Source: Salpingoeca rosetta
Taxonomy: Eukaryota; Protista; Choanoflagellata
DNA length: 64,000 nt
Assembly (NCBI GenBank): GCA_033442325.1
Contig: JAWQFM010000005.1
Coordinates: 1,147,214-1,211,213 of the forward strand
Direction: 5' to 3'
Shown here piece by piece: positions 50,870-64,000 of the stretch (positions within the stretch are counted from its first letter, which is position 1; the number at the start of each line of letters is the position of its first letter). The notes under the pieces are model-generated. The model ran no database searches. It saw only the letters and a program-made list of their open reading frames with translations, and was not told the origin of the DNA. Made by a program: the position numbers and the translations under genes.

Positions 50870-51207
50870 CACACACACACACGCACACCTTTCCTGGTCC
50901 TTTTGACATGCACCGCTGCCCACCGTTACTTCTGCAAATGTCATCTTTGTGTGGTTGCCTGTCTAGATCTCCCACTCTCTGTTGCACACATTTGCACCGC
51001 CTCGCTCTTCAGCGTGTTTGTGTGAATGTGCGGCTGACTCCTCTGTTGCGTTCTTGATGCTGTGGGCTCGTTTACTTACATGTGTGGGGCTCTCAACCAC
51101 CGCAATGAGGAAGAGACAACGAGGATGAGGGCGCAGAGACTGCACTGTGCACACAAACACGTGGTGTATATGTGGCACGTGCACCAACGAATGACCGTTG
51201 GAATTGG

Positions 51208-52002
51208 TCATACTCTCTTCTCTGTTCGGCTTGTCGGTGTGGGTGTGATGGGGTGGAATGCTGTTGCAATGATGGCCTGTAGCCGCTGGTGTCGCTCGCG
51301 CACACCAGACATGAACTCGCACAAGATCCGGGATTTGGAAGCTGCTCGCATTAACGATGGAGGGCAAGGTGAGTCGGGTTTCTGGGCTGATCGGGGTTGA
51401 TCTGATGAGGCGGTTGTTGCTTCTTCCGGTTGCTGCTGACAGCACGCGTCAGCTTGTGTCTTGCCGCATTCACAGTTACTGCAGCCGTGCTGGGGCGGCT
51501 CCTCTGGCGCCTGCGTTGTTGTTGCACTGTCCCCTTCTTCACTCTTCTGGGCATCAGACTCGCCGGGCAGCACCAGCTCGTCGGCCACTGCACGGGAGCA
51601 AACCCGATGTGGCAGTGTGAAGATTGAGGTGCACTTTGTTTCGCTGACACGCTGATACAGGCACAGAGAGGCACGCACAGGCATGCGCAAGCAAGGGTCA
51701 TATGTACCGACGTGCACAGCATAGCGGGGTACCTGTCAATGGGTCAAACAGGTATACGTCTTGATACAATGCCTCCATCTCTGCCACGGCATCCTTGGAG
51801 ACCTTGTCTGCGTTCTCTGGTCTCGTGAAGTACATCAACATGGAGCTGCAAGTGATGGTGAGGTTTGTGACGGGGGGGGGGACGGCCACAGTGCAACGAG
51901 GCCGCGTGAGCCTATGTGTCTCGCGGACAGCAGAGCATACGCAAGCACACACAGCGACGTATACATACGCATACGCACGCAGACAAACGCAACAGAACAT
52001 AC

Positions 52003-52039
<37 letters not shown>

Positions 52040-52352
52040 AGAGCATACGCACAAACACCAGAGCATACACACAACAACAGGGCATACGCACAACAACAGG
52101 GCAACAGAGCATTTGTACCCACACGCACACGCACCACGTGCTGCCGAGGATGCGCCCCAGTTCAACCGCCATGCTGATGCCTTCCGATACACCGTGTTCA
52201 AACCCTTCTTGTCTTGCTTCCTCACGCGCTTTCGTCGCAGCCTCTGCATACGCGTTCTTCCGCATCACCCGCTCCCTCGCCCGAGCATCCTGCTCAGCCA
52301 TCGCCAGCGCATGATCGTGGCCATCGTCATCGTGCACATCATCATCCCACAT
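51208..52352 (-). CDS. YAE1: Yae1-family protein (adaptor for Fe-S maturation of ABCE1/Rli1)
   Basis: Three exons. MWDDD...RERVMRKNAYAEAATKAREEARQEGFEHGVSEGISMAVELGRILG fits the Yae1_N pattern (GY.dG...Q.GF..G...G....GrlrG). Confidence 0.7.
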
Positions 52353-52472
52353 CTTCGCCTTGCTTGCTTGCTTGCTTGCTTGCTTGAAACGTGTTTTGCG
52401 TGCAAAAACAAAGCAAGCAAGAAGGACGGCACAACAGCTGGCACAACCCACCCACCACCACACCCACCACTG

Positions 52473-53814
52473 ATGGTGTTGCTGTCAAAGGCGGAGCGAT
52501 GGGCGCTGCTTCGCAATGCACTGAACAAGTGTGCTGCCGTGCGTGGACAGGACGGCCAAGGAGAGGCCATCCTCACCGCTGTACAAGGTGTGCGGGTGTT
52601 TTGTGCAGTCATGGTTGTGTTCGCTCGTCATGACGCGCTGTGCCTCTCTCTCTCACTGTCTCTCTCTGTCTCTGTCTCTCTCTCTCTCTGTCTGTCTCTG
52701 TCTCTCCATCTCTCTCTCTCTCTCCATCTCTCTCTCTCTCTCTCTCTCTTGCATCGGTCCATCGATCCATCATGGAGTCTATCATTTGCTACCCAACGCT
52801 CACAGTGAGCAACCCGTGTACCTCCTTCTCCCCCACCAACAGCGGCTGAATCGAACGGCAACGTTCAAGTGCTTGTGGACAAGCTGGCCGAAGTCGTTGG
52901 CACGTGGCCGGACAGCACCCTGCTATATGTTGCCGTCGCACACGCCCTGCCGTCGCGCCTGTGCCGTGCGTTTCAGGAAGCAGTGGCCGCGCTTACGACG
53001 GGGACGGTGCCGCGAAACACTGCAGCAGCTTCTGACCACACCAGCGTGCCAGTGGACGGCGCAACGGGCGCTGTCCGTGACCACTGCACCGAGCTGGCAG
53101 GCAGCAGCGCCATGCACGCTGCTCTTCGAGCGCGTGTGGAGGCCACCGCCAGCGTAACCGTGTTTCTGTCGTCCCCGTTCGGGGGCCTGGAGGAGGAACG
53201 AGCCTTTTTCGTCGAGCGGTACCTGCCTTCCTTGCGAACGCTGTGCGAGAACAAGGGCGTGGCCCTCTCCCTGGTTGACCTTCGGTGGGGTATCACAGAG
53301 GAGCAGGCGGCACAATTTGAAACGCTGCGCATCTGCCTGCAGGAGATTGACCGGTGTGACATCTTCGTCGGCTGTTATGGCGCCCGCTACGGCACACGAC
53401 ACAGCTCGTCAAACAGCAGTACGCATTGGGTCGGCTGCTCCGTTGACAGGGCCATGCCGCAGTACCCCTGGCTTGACAAACACCGCGACAAGGGCATCAC
53501 GGAGCTCGAGTTCAGACACGGCGTGCTCAACGACCCGTGTGCACGCCCATCGCTGTTTCTCTTTCGCGATCCGGCCTATGATGCAGCCAAGGCGGAGCTG
53601 TATGCCCACGACCCAGCGCATAAGGCGAAGTACATCAACACGCACGAAGACAGTGCCCAGCTGCGTCGAGTCTTGGAGCAGGAGATTCGTGAGCTTGCGT
53701 GGAAGCAGCAGCACCTCAACATCACCGCCACTTCCTATTCCGCCCCAGAGGATGCCGCCAAACACATGTTTGATATCCTCCATGCAACCCTGCAACAGGT
53801 GTACGCTTGCGCAT

Positions 53815-53905
<91 letters not shown>

Positions 53906-56900
53906 TGAGTGTGCGTGCGTGTGTATGTGTGGGTGGGTGTACAGTGTGTGTGCGTGTGTGCGTGTGTGTGCGTGTGTGTGCGTGCGTGCGTGCGTGCGTG
54001 CGTGTGTGTGTGTGTGTGTGTGTGTGCAGTATGTGTGTGCGTGTGCAGTATGTGTGTGCGTGTGTGTGTATGCAGTGTACACATATGGTGTATGCGGTGT
54101 ACACATCTGTTCTGTGGGCGTGTTTCTGTTCTTTGATCCGTTTATGCTATTCATGCCACGTACACAACTGTCCTCGATTCCTTCACAATCTCACCCCGTC
54201 TTCGCACTTGCCCGCCACATCGCACACCACACGCCACTGCCACTCGTGCACCATGTGTGGTACAGGTGTTGCCTCGCGAGGGTGTGGCTCAGGATGCAGA
54301 CGGGCAAGTGCATGCGAGCTTTGCTGCTGTGCGCCGTGGCTTCTATGTCGGCAACCGTGCCCTCGTGCGGCAAATCAACCTGCACCTCGACCAACACTCG
54401 CCTGCGCCGCTTGTTGTTGAGGGCGAGAGCGGCAGCGGCAAGAGTGCACTGCTGGCAAATTGGGTGCACCAGCACACGTCCCTGCATGCACACGACCGCG
54501 TGTTCTGCCACTTCACCGGCTGCGATTCCGCCAGCACCGCCCTTCGCAACCTGCTGTCCCGCCTTCTTGTGTTCTGTGACCCAGACATGGCAGAGTCGCT
54601 CAGCGGCATGACAACACAGCAGCTGTGCGAAGCGTTGCCTGCATGCATCGCCTCGGCTGCTGACACAGCTCGTGCGCAGCACGCAGGCGCCCGCCTTGTC
54701 ATTGTGCTGGACGCACTCAACCAGCTTGAGAATGAGACGTTCCCCTGGCTCCCTCAGCGGCTGGTGCATCGCCTCGACTGGCTGCCCACCACCTTTCCCG
54801 AGGGCGTTGTGCTCGTCTGCTCCACCCTGCCCGGTCTCTGCCAGGACGCCCTGCGCGCACGTGCGTACGACCGCATCACCACCGCACCGCTCTCCCGCCA
54901 CGACTGCAAGGCGTTTCTTGAACAACGGCTTCGCCTTGCCTCCAAGACGCTCATGGCAGCACAGATGGACGTGATTCTGGACAGCCCGCAGTGCGGTAAC
55001 CCGCTGTTTCTCACGCTGCTGATCGAGGAGCTCATTGCGTTTGGCGTGTTTGAAGAACTGGACTCGAAGATTGCAGAACTTGCCGCCTGCACCAATGTCC
55101 CAGTCCTCTTGCAAGCTGTCCTTTCTCGGTTGGAGCAGTCCTTTGGCTCTGTTGGTGGGGCACGTGTGATTGGACAAATCTTCCGGCTGATTGGGGTCAG
55201 CCGCGAGGGCGTGCTTGAGCAAGAACTGCAGGCTGCATGTGGCGTCATGTCGACGACATTCGCACAGGACAGCAGGGCTGATGGTGATGGTGATGGTGAT
55301 GCAGCGCTGAGCATGAGCGGATTCATGTGGTCGTCCCTCTATTTCGCCATTCGTCATCTTCTCGTCGTCAAGAGCGGTGAGTGTGCATGCGTGTGCATGT
55401 GTGTGCATGTGTGTGCATGTGTGTGCATGTGTGTGTATGTGTGTGTATGTGTGTGTGTCGACGCACGTTGTCCAGCATGGCAATCTCATTGCCCTCACAC
55501 TTACCATCGTGGTGGCTGCTGCAGGGCGATTCACGTTTCTCCACGACTACATTCGCCAGGCCGTGCACGAGCGCTATTTGTCCACGGAAGAGGAAGTGCG
55601 TGGCGCCCACGCCGCCATGGCGAAAACGCTGAGTCAGCACGCGCTGTTTCTCCACGCCCACAGGAAAACACCCAAGGGGGATCGGGGCGGTAATGATGGT
55701 GGTGATGATAACGGCCATGATACTGCTGACGCGGATGACAGCGGCGGTGATGCTGCTGTTGCTGTTGGTGCTGACGAAGTGGCGGCGACCATTAACGTGC
55801 GATATGTGGGGCAGCTGCCCTTCCATCTTGTGCGCTGCGGACGGTTGCACGAGTGCGTGTCATTGCTGAGCGACTTGGAGTTTGTGGAGGCCAAGTGCTC
55901 GTGTGGGCTTGTGTACGACCTGCTGGAAGACTTTACCGCGTGCGAGGCCGCCATGTCCGCGTCCCAGCTGCGACAGCACCCGACCGGCGCCATGTTCAAG
56001 GAACTCAAGCAGATGCTCGCATTCAACCTTCCCATCCTCAGCCGTCTGGTGCGTGCATTTGCTTGTGTGTTTGCTTGCTTGCTTTCTTGCTTGCTTCGTT
56101 TGTTATATGCTTGTGTGGTTGGTCGGTTTTGTTTGCGTACGTGATGGCTGTGCGGTTGGTCTGAGCCACAGACACTGCGCGTGCGTGCGTGCGAATGCAT
56201 TGATCTGGGAAAACATCCAACTTTAAGCACGCGCTGTGCTTCTCATCGAAACGACGCCACCCACCGCCCCCTGATCCCCCCTTGCCTGCATCAACTCATC
56301 CTTTCCATTTTTTTCTCGCACTTCTTGTATCTGCTGTCAACGACACTTGCTTCCCTGCTTCCACACCCAACGCCGTCAGCCTGGCAACTTCCTGCCTGTT
56401 GCTGTGAACCAACCCAATGCGAGCCCCATTCACGACCAAGCGCAGCAGCTGATGGCACGCCGCCGTCTGCCCCACTTCAAGTGGATCAACAAGGTCTGTC
56501 CTCACAAGGGATGACATGGTGTTGGGGGGAGGGGATTGCAGCTCTGTATCCATTCATGTGTGGTTCGTCATGGTTGATGCAATCAGCGCTGTGTGTATGC
56601 ATGTGGCCCTTTGTGGACTCGATGTTGGCGCTTGTGGTTGTGTGAGCTCACATCACGTCATGCCAATGGTGGCGTGTTCATGGTATGCATTCACACGTAA
56701 CCAGCCGCAGTCAAAGAGCGCATGCATCATGCACATTGAAGGCCATTCCAACCCCGTCTACTGTGCGTCCATCAACCAGCACAGGTGCGCCATGTCGCGT
56801 TGCTCTGGTGTCGTGCTGTTTCCGTGCCACTGGCCACCCTTGCCTCCGTGCTGGTTTCGGCTTCTTCGTTTGTTGTTGGGTGGTTATCACTGCCCACCCT

Positions 56901-59900
56901 TGCATCTAACACGTCAGCCTCCTCACCCGTTGGTGCGTCCCCCCTCCTTTTGTGGCTTGGTCCTGCCGTGTTCATGCGACCACAGGATTGCGTCGGGTGC
57001 ACGAAATGGAGAGCTCCGCGTGTGGGACGTCAAGACGGGAACGCTGCTCAACCTCCTTGCAGTGAGTGTGCGTGCTCTGTGGCTCTGTGTGTATGTGTCC
57101 ATCTCTCTATTCGCAGCATTTGTACCTCCACTGACATGCTCTAACACACGCCACATACACACATGCACACACATCACACGTGTGCGACTCGTAGGCGCAC
57201 CGAGCACCGATCAACGACGTGTGCTGGTTAGAAGACGATGTGCTGGCAACGGCATCGGACGATGGGTCAATCTGCACGTGGCGCCTCAGCACGGGCACGT
57301 GCGCGTCTGTCCAACGAGCAGAAGCAGGGTGAGCGGATTTACATCTTGAGGGGTTCCACATGGCGTGTGATATGGCAGTGGTCGTCCATCCATGAACACA
57401 TGACCACTTGCACACATGAGCACATGAACACAAACACACATGTTTGTAGATGCAACATAACCTGACACCAACTTGTTGCCTCACCTCACTCGGGATTGCG
57501 GTCCACATCACTCCCTTGTTTTCAGAGCTGTGCAGTCGCTGTTGGTGTTGAGAAAGGCCGGGCTGATGGTGTCTGCGCACACGTACAGTGACCCTCCGCT
57601 GTCGGCACACTCCATCGAACCACAGCCAGGCATACTGTGTTTCTGGTCGCTTGACAACGGCACTCTGCTGCACAAGGCGCAGACCAAGGTGTGTACCGCA
57701 ACCCTCACTCGCCATATCAAGAGGGATTGCGGCTTTCTGTGTGACCCTAACGCACACGCACACATGCATTACACGTGCGCAACCGCACCAACAACCTTCA
57801 CACACACATACACACCAAACACACACACACATATTCACACACACACACCAAACACACACACATATTCACCCCTCACGCACCTACCCATGCAACACACATG
57901 TACACGTAGGACGGGTCGCCCGTATGCGTGTGCGCAGATGCGAGGCAACAGTTGCTGGCGGTGGACGTGAGCGGGAGTCTCCTCGGCGGGCAGTCTGCGT
58001 ATGTGTTGTATGATCTTGGACACGCCGCTGCCGTCTCAGTAACAGAGCGTCAATCGCTGCCTGCGCAGCGCACGCGCCGCGGTGCTGTCAATTCACGCGA
58101 ACGCACGCACAGGTATACCAACGCGCGTGTATGTGTGTGTGTGTGGGTGTGAGTGTGTACGTGAATGCATGTGGGCGTTGTGGGGTCTGTACATGCACTC
58201 GTATGCGTGTGGGCCTGCCGTGATGAGATACGATGCGCAACATATTCCTGTCTTGCATCTACAAGTCATTCATCACCACGGCCGCACACCCACCGCCATT
58301 GCTCATTCTCTCATGCAATTGTTGTGCTACCCCGCACATGTCCCTGTAAAGATTGCGGTCCTGTGCGTTCAGTGCTGACGGCGAACACCTCATCACCATT
58401 CACGGAGACGCGCTCATCAAGTACACGCGCGCAGGCGCCGGCAGTGCAGCGGTGTTTGAGCAGACCTGCATCACGCCCGATGGTGTTCACCAAGGCACGG
58501 TGTACTCTGTGGCATACGGTGATGACACCATTGTGTCTGGTGGCGCCGATAAGCTCGTTGTCGTGTGGAACACGGACCTGACGCTGCGCGCGTGCCTCGT
58601 TGGTCACGCCTGGAGCGTGTTCTGCGTCACGCTCGTTCCTCCACTCTCCTCTGCGTCATCCTTCACCTCCACCACCACCACCACCACCACTCATTCTGCA
58701 CCGTCCAACCCAGACGCGTGCAATGGCGATGGCGATGGCGATGGTGGGCGCGGGCTGATTGTGTCGTGCGCTGGCATCTGGGACAAGCGCTTGATGGTGT
58801 GGGAGATCCCTGCCAAGGCAAGCACACCATCATCAGCAGCTGCAATAGTGCCAGCAACGGCAACAGCATCAACGTCGGCGCCAGTGGTAGGAGGTGTAAC
58901 GGGAGACGCAAGGCCACCGCACTTTGGTGAGATTGTGATGGGTGGCGTGTACACGCCTGATCTGCAGGCGTTTGTGTCCTCTGGGCAGAATGCGCGTGCA
59001 ACGCTGCAGCTGTGGGATGTGCGCACGACCACGCGACGGGCAATGGTGTTCAGCCCTGACAGCGGTGACAGCGGCGTGCTGTTCCCTGGAAGCATGGGCA
59101 GCGCACCGGCAGTGCTGCCGACGGGTGAGGTGGTGGTGGCGTCTCGCCGTGGGAAGGTTGGCGTGTTCAGGGCCAAGACCACAGCAGCTGCCTTGGATGC
59201 TTCGGCTTCAAACACCCGAGCGAGCACCACGCACCAACACACAGAGGAGCAAACACATGACGTGCAGCCCAAACAACAACAACAGCAGCAGCAACAACAA
59301 CTGCAGAAACAACGTGAGGAAAGGGTTGCTGGCGAAGAATGGGAGGTGGTGACCGACACGCCCGCTGCAAGTGCGTTTGGCAACATGACAAGCAATGGCG
59401 ACATTCTCCGCATGCCTGGCGGCCAGCACTATGTTGTGTGCGACGCTGCTGTGCGGGTGGTGAGCATCAAACAGCCTGCCGAGCCGCCACAGGAGCTGCT
59501 GAACGGCACCGGCCGCATTGCCGTCGTCTCGCCCTCGGGCAGACGTGTGGTCATCACGGGGCAGTCGCGGGCACAGGTGTGGGCGCTGAAGCCACCGCGC
59601 CTCATCAAGAAACTTCGCAATCCGCACGTGCCCAACAGCCGGCTGTACGGCGCTGCCTACTCGCCCGATGGCCGGCTGATTGCGCTTGCTGACCACGCAC
59701 GGTATGTCACCGTGTACTGCGCGCGCACCTTCCGTGTGCTGCACGCGTTTCGCATGTGGGACCGTGCGTACCGGTGTACGTTCACGCCCGATGCGCGCAT
59801 GGTGCTGTGCGGCGGCGACGACAAGACGGTGGGCCTGTGGGACGCCATCAGCGGGGTTGAGGTGGCCCGGTGCTACGTGGGCGCGGGCGTGGGCACGGTG

Positions 59901-60118
59901 AGCATTGGGCCCGGTCTGCGCGTGGTGGCTGGTGATGATCTTGGACGCGTCAACTTCCTGGATCTCGTCAACTGCGGCGTTGGGGTGCCGGTTGTGACGG
60001 CAACGTACGAGTGGGATGCAGACGCCAACGCATGGTCTGCAGAACCACTCATCACGTGCCCGCACACTGGCAAGCGGTTCCCCCTGCCCGCCGAGTGCCA
60101 CGCAGTCATCACCACTGT

Positions 60119-60182
<64 letters not shown>

Positions 60183-61309
60183 GCAACAGCAACCCAAAAT
60201 GGCTTGGCATACAATGGCTCGACACGAAGTGGCCCACGCCCCATGTCTTCAGCGCACAAAACGGCGTCCGCGACAGCTGGCTCGAGTGCCACGGGTGAGG
60301 AGCAAGGCGTTGACTGCCCTGCTGCTGTGCTGCCCTCGGCTGCATTTGAACACGCAGCGTTGGTGATTGCGTCGCCCTTTGATTCGACCAAACACATGCG
60401 TGTGAATCCATTTATTGCAGACATGCGCAGCATGAGGTACGATGCCCGCGCAGTGGCGCGAAGTTTGCTTCTCAACGACGTGGATAGGGCGTGGCTGGCG
60501 GAGGACCTTGTGTGCGTGCGGTTTGACCAGGGCAGGTACGCGGGGCAGTGCCAGTGGATGCAGCGGACCAAGGTGTACCTGGATGCGCCTGTGCTCACAG
60601 CGGAGGAAGGCATGCGGCTGCCAGCCGACACACCCGTGATTGCACTGCATCCAAACTACACGCCGATGTGGAGTGCAACCCTATCCACCGATCGCTCAGC
60701 TGACAAGGTCGGTTGGTTTGGATGGTTGGTTTGGATGGATGGATGGTTTGTGGGATGGTTTGGATGGTTTGGATGGACGGACGGATGATTGGTTGTTGGA
60801 TGGATGGATGGACGATTGGTTGTTTGATGTTGAATGGTTTGAATGATTCAAGCGACACGTGTGGTTTACGCGGCATCATGCATTGGACGCACGCACACAG
60901 TGCGTGTGTGTGCTCACACGACTTGCTTCTTGTTCCATCTTCATTCCCTCCCACCTAACAAACACTCATGCCCAAACACATGTACACCGTAGGTCTATCT
61001 CAACTTTTACGACGGCGACGACGCGTACCAGACGTGGGATAACGTTGTGCTGCCTCGCCACCCGTCGCACGACACGTGGGAGGCGCAGCCGGGGTGCTGG
61101 GCATGCAAGGACATACACGCTGGCCGGTATATCCACGGCAACATGATTGCATACCACAGGGGAGGTGAACCCGTGCCAGGTGTCTCAGACCAGGACGACC
61201 CCTCCACGGCAGCACCACAACAACAGCAGCAGCAGCGGCAGCAGCGGCAGCAGCAGGTGGAGTCTTCACCGAAACACAGTGATGCAAAGCCCGAGATCCG
61301 CGCTCGATC

Positions 61310-61360
<51 letters not shown>

Positions 61361-62085
61361 TTTGGTTGTTTGCTTGTTTGGTTGTCACAGCCACACCGAC
61401 TTTCTTTTAGCATGCTGATTGAAACTGTCCCATCTCCCACCTCTTCCTAACCTCACTCCACACTGGTTACCCCAACCCCATTGCGTACACGTGGACCTCG
61501 CTGCTGTGTATGTGTGTGTGCGTGTGTTATGTGCGTTGTATTGTGGCAGGCACGCTGATGGGTCGGGTGGGCATGGTGCGGCTCAATGTCGCCCGCTTCG
61601 TCCGCAACTGCTCCACAGCCTCAGGTGCGGACCTTCATGCACAGCCGGCAGGGACGAGGGAAGGCGGCACGAGCGCTGGCGTGGTCAGGGGTAGTAGTGG
61701 TGGACGCGGTGGCGGTGTTGAAGGCGACGACGATGCAGTGCTGCTGCGACGGCGACTGGCAGAGGAAGAGGCAGCTGCTGCCGAGCTTGATGGCGGGAAG
61801 ATTGTCGTGTACACGAGCGGCGTTGTTGCGCGTGCGGAGGAGCGGGAGACGTGTGCGCGTGTGCTTGCGTTGCTGCGAGACGGGGAGCATGTTGAAGTTG
61901 AAGAGCGCGATGTCGCTGCGAGCGCGGCGTTTGCGCGGGAACTGCTTGCACGGTGCGGTGTGTGCTGCAGCGTGCCGCAGGTGTTTGTCAATGGGCGGCA
62001 CATTGGCAACGGTGCCACGCTGGATGCCATGGCCCAGACAGGCAAGCTGCAAACGCTGCTGTCCACCATCCCGCGCACAGCGTGA
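52473..62085 (+). CDS. STAND NTPase: DUF4062, NACHT-type P-loop, WD40 repeats, Tudor-like and GRXCR-like glutaredoxin domains
   Basis: DUF4062 VFLSSPFGGLEEER...VDLRWGITEE...CLQEIDRC...GARYG...ITELEF. Walker A GESGSGKS and Walker B LVIVLDALNQL. WD40 repeats (GHSNPV, ASGARNGELRVWD, CGGDDKTVGLWD). In-phase splices 60707/60993 and 61311/61550 lead into KIVVYTSG...VEERDV...SVPQVFVNGRHIG. Confidence 0.85.
60116..60192 (+). repeat. (ACA)n coding poly-Thr in the STAND protein
   Basis: In-frame trinucleotide run. Confidence 0.9.
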
Positions 62086-62412
62086 TGTGACATTGTGAAG
62101 GGTGCAGCAGTGCAGCGAGAAGCGTTTGTGGCTTGCTTGTATCTGTGATATTGTTGATATGAGCCGCAGAAGAGACCTGCATCGAGCCTGTGCATACAGT
62201 GCATGTGTGTTGCGTGTATTGCGTATGATGAACGATCGAACATTATTATGAGCATGATGATGTCAAGTAGAGTGGTGGTGGTGTTCAACGCGAATCGAAG
62301 AAGTGAAACGAAGAAGAAGAGAAGAAGAGAAGAAGAGAAGAAGAGAAGGGGGGAAAACAAGAACGCAACACCACAAACCATCAACAACAACCAACAACAA
62401 ACCAAGATCAAG

Positions 62413-63818
62413 ATGCTGTTGCAGCGTTTGTGGTGCAGCGGTGGCCGCCGATGCTGCAAGCCTACGATCAACGCTGCGCGTGGCATTGCCACGACGCGTG
62501 TGAGTGGATATGAGAAGATTGCCGCGCCTGGAGAGGTGTCGCCGCGACGCGTGGTACCGGATGACATTGAGAAGCCGTCGTACGTTCGGGCGCTGATTGC
62601 ACGAGCAGCCGACATGCACACGACCCAGTCACGCATCAAGCCGCTGCAAGGGGAGATGCTGGGACGCATGAGGGACGCAGGGAGGCTTGCCGCAGATACG
62701 CTGGCGTACACGGCATCGCACATCGCCCCTGGAGTGACGACAGATGCGCTGGACGAACTGGCGCACGAGTTTATTGTGTCGGCGGGCGCGTATCCGTCGC
62801 CGCTGGGGTACATGGGCTTCAAGAAGAGCATCTGCACATCAGTGAACAATGTCATTGTCCACGGTGTCCCGGATGACCGTGAGCTCCAAGAGGGCGACAT
62901 CATCAACATCGACGTCACCGTCTTCCTCAACGGCGTGCACGGTGAGATCGCCGTGCGTGGTGGTGGTTATGATCTGGATACAGTGTGGTCAGCTCTTGTT
63001 GTTGTTGTGCGTGTTGTATTGCTGTTGTGGGGTATTGTTATTACGGGTGTTGTGACTCACAATGCGCCATTCTTGCTCGCTTTCCCTGTCTCTGCCTGTC
63101 TGTGTTTCGCTGTCTCTCTCTCTCTCTGCCTCTCTCCACCCTCTCACGTCCAGGGGACACGTCGCGAACGTTTGCGGTTGGCGCGGTGGACCGGTCTGCC
63201 GAGCGGCTCATCGAAGGCGCAGAGAAGGCGCTGCACGATGCCATTGCGACATGCGGGCCAGGCGTGCCCTACTGCGCTATAGGCGAGGCTGTGGAGGCTG
63301 TGGCAGACTTCTACAGGCTGAGCATCTGCCCCTACTTTATTGGTCACGGCATCGGACCCTCCTTCCACGCGCCCCCGGCAGTGCTGCACTACTACAACGA
63401 CGAGGACTACGTCATGAAGCCCGGGCACGTGTTCACGATTGAGCCCGCGCTGAACGAGGGCTCGCCGGAGTTCCGCATCTTGGCCGACGAGTGGACGGCG
63501 GTCACGCTGGACGGGCAGCGGTCGGCGCAGGCCGAGCACACCGTCCTCATCACCGAAGAGGTACTCGTGTGTGTGTGTGTGTGTTTGTGTGTGTGCGCGT
63601 GTGTGTGTGTGCGCGTGTATGTGTGCGTGCGTGTGTGTGTCTGTGTGTGTCTGTGTGTGCGTGTATGTGTGCGTGTCTGTGTGTGTGCATTGCATGGGCA
63701 CATGGCTTTGCATGCTTACCATCCCAACCTTTGCCACCACCACGGCCACAACTCCATGCAGGGCGTTGAGGTGCTGACGCGCCGGAAGGACGAGGACTGC
63801 GAACGGGCGGTTGAGTGA
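62413..63818 (+). CDS. METAP1D: Methionine aminopeptidase type I, mitochondrial (MetAP1D-like)
   Basis: Presequence [13 protein letters not shown]. Motifs [58 protein letters not shown] and [11 protein letters not shown]. Exons ~62413-62941, 63154-63560 and 63762-63818. Confidence 0.95.
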
Positions 63819-63939
63819 ATGCAGCAGAACTGATTCGCGTGTTGTGCTGCGTTTGTGTATTGGATTGTGGTGCGTGTGTGTGTGTGTGTGCGTATGTGCG
63901 TTTGCGCGCGTGTGAGTGAGCGAGCGAGTGAGTGAGTGA

Positions 63940-64000
<61 letters not shown>

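Noticed and set aside
61635-62930. Long antisense ORFs (also 54191-55534, 59208-60197, 12329-13195)
   Set aside because: These are shadow frames of GC-rich coding exons with no recognisable motifs.

Overview
Intron-rich, gene-dense eukaryotic DNA with short GT-AG introns full of (GT)n/(CA)n microsatellites and four N-gaps. Gene content (HYR/Cys-rich receptor tyrosine kinase-like gene, GRXCR-like glutaredoxin module) and intron style suggest a choanoflagellate such as Salpingoeca rosetta; this is inference. Most ORF-track entries are microsatellite read-through, so gene models were built by splicing exons by hand. Genes in order: ARMT1/DUF89 phosphatase (+); receptor kinase (+) that stops after the activation loop and runs into the 3' exons of ZFPL1; F-box protein (+); cystinosin (-); bublin/UPF0184-like protein (+); acyl-CoA synthetase copy A (-); divergent TRAPPC9-like gene (+); LONRF E3 ligase (-); two-KH Nova-like protein (+); acetyl-CoA synthetase copy B (+); YAE1 (-); DUF4062-NACHT-WD40 STAND protein with Tudor-like and GRXCR-like glutaredoxin C-terminal modules (+); mitochondrial MetAP1D (+). 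Most notable: (1) two ACS paralogues form an inverted pair around ~18 kb, alternate near-identical and strongly diverged tracts, and differ at an acyl-pocket residue (SAGEP vs SVGEP); (2) the STAND-glutaredoxin fusion; (3) the kinase/ZFPL1 junction; (4) 5'-(GT)n / 3'-(CA)n intron polarity. All family assignments come from remembered motifs, not database searches.
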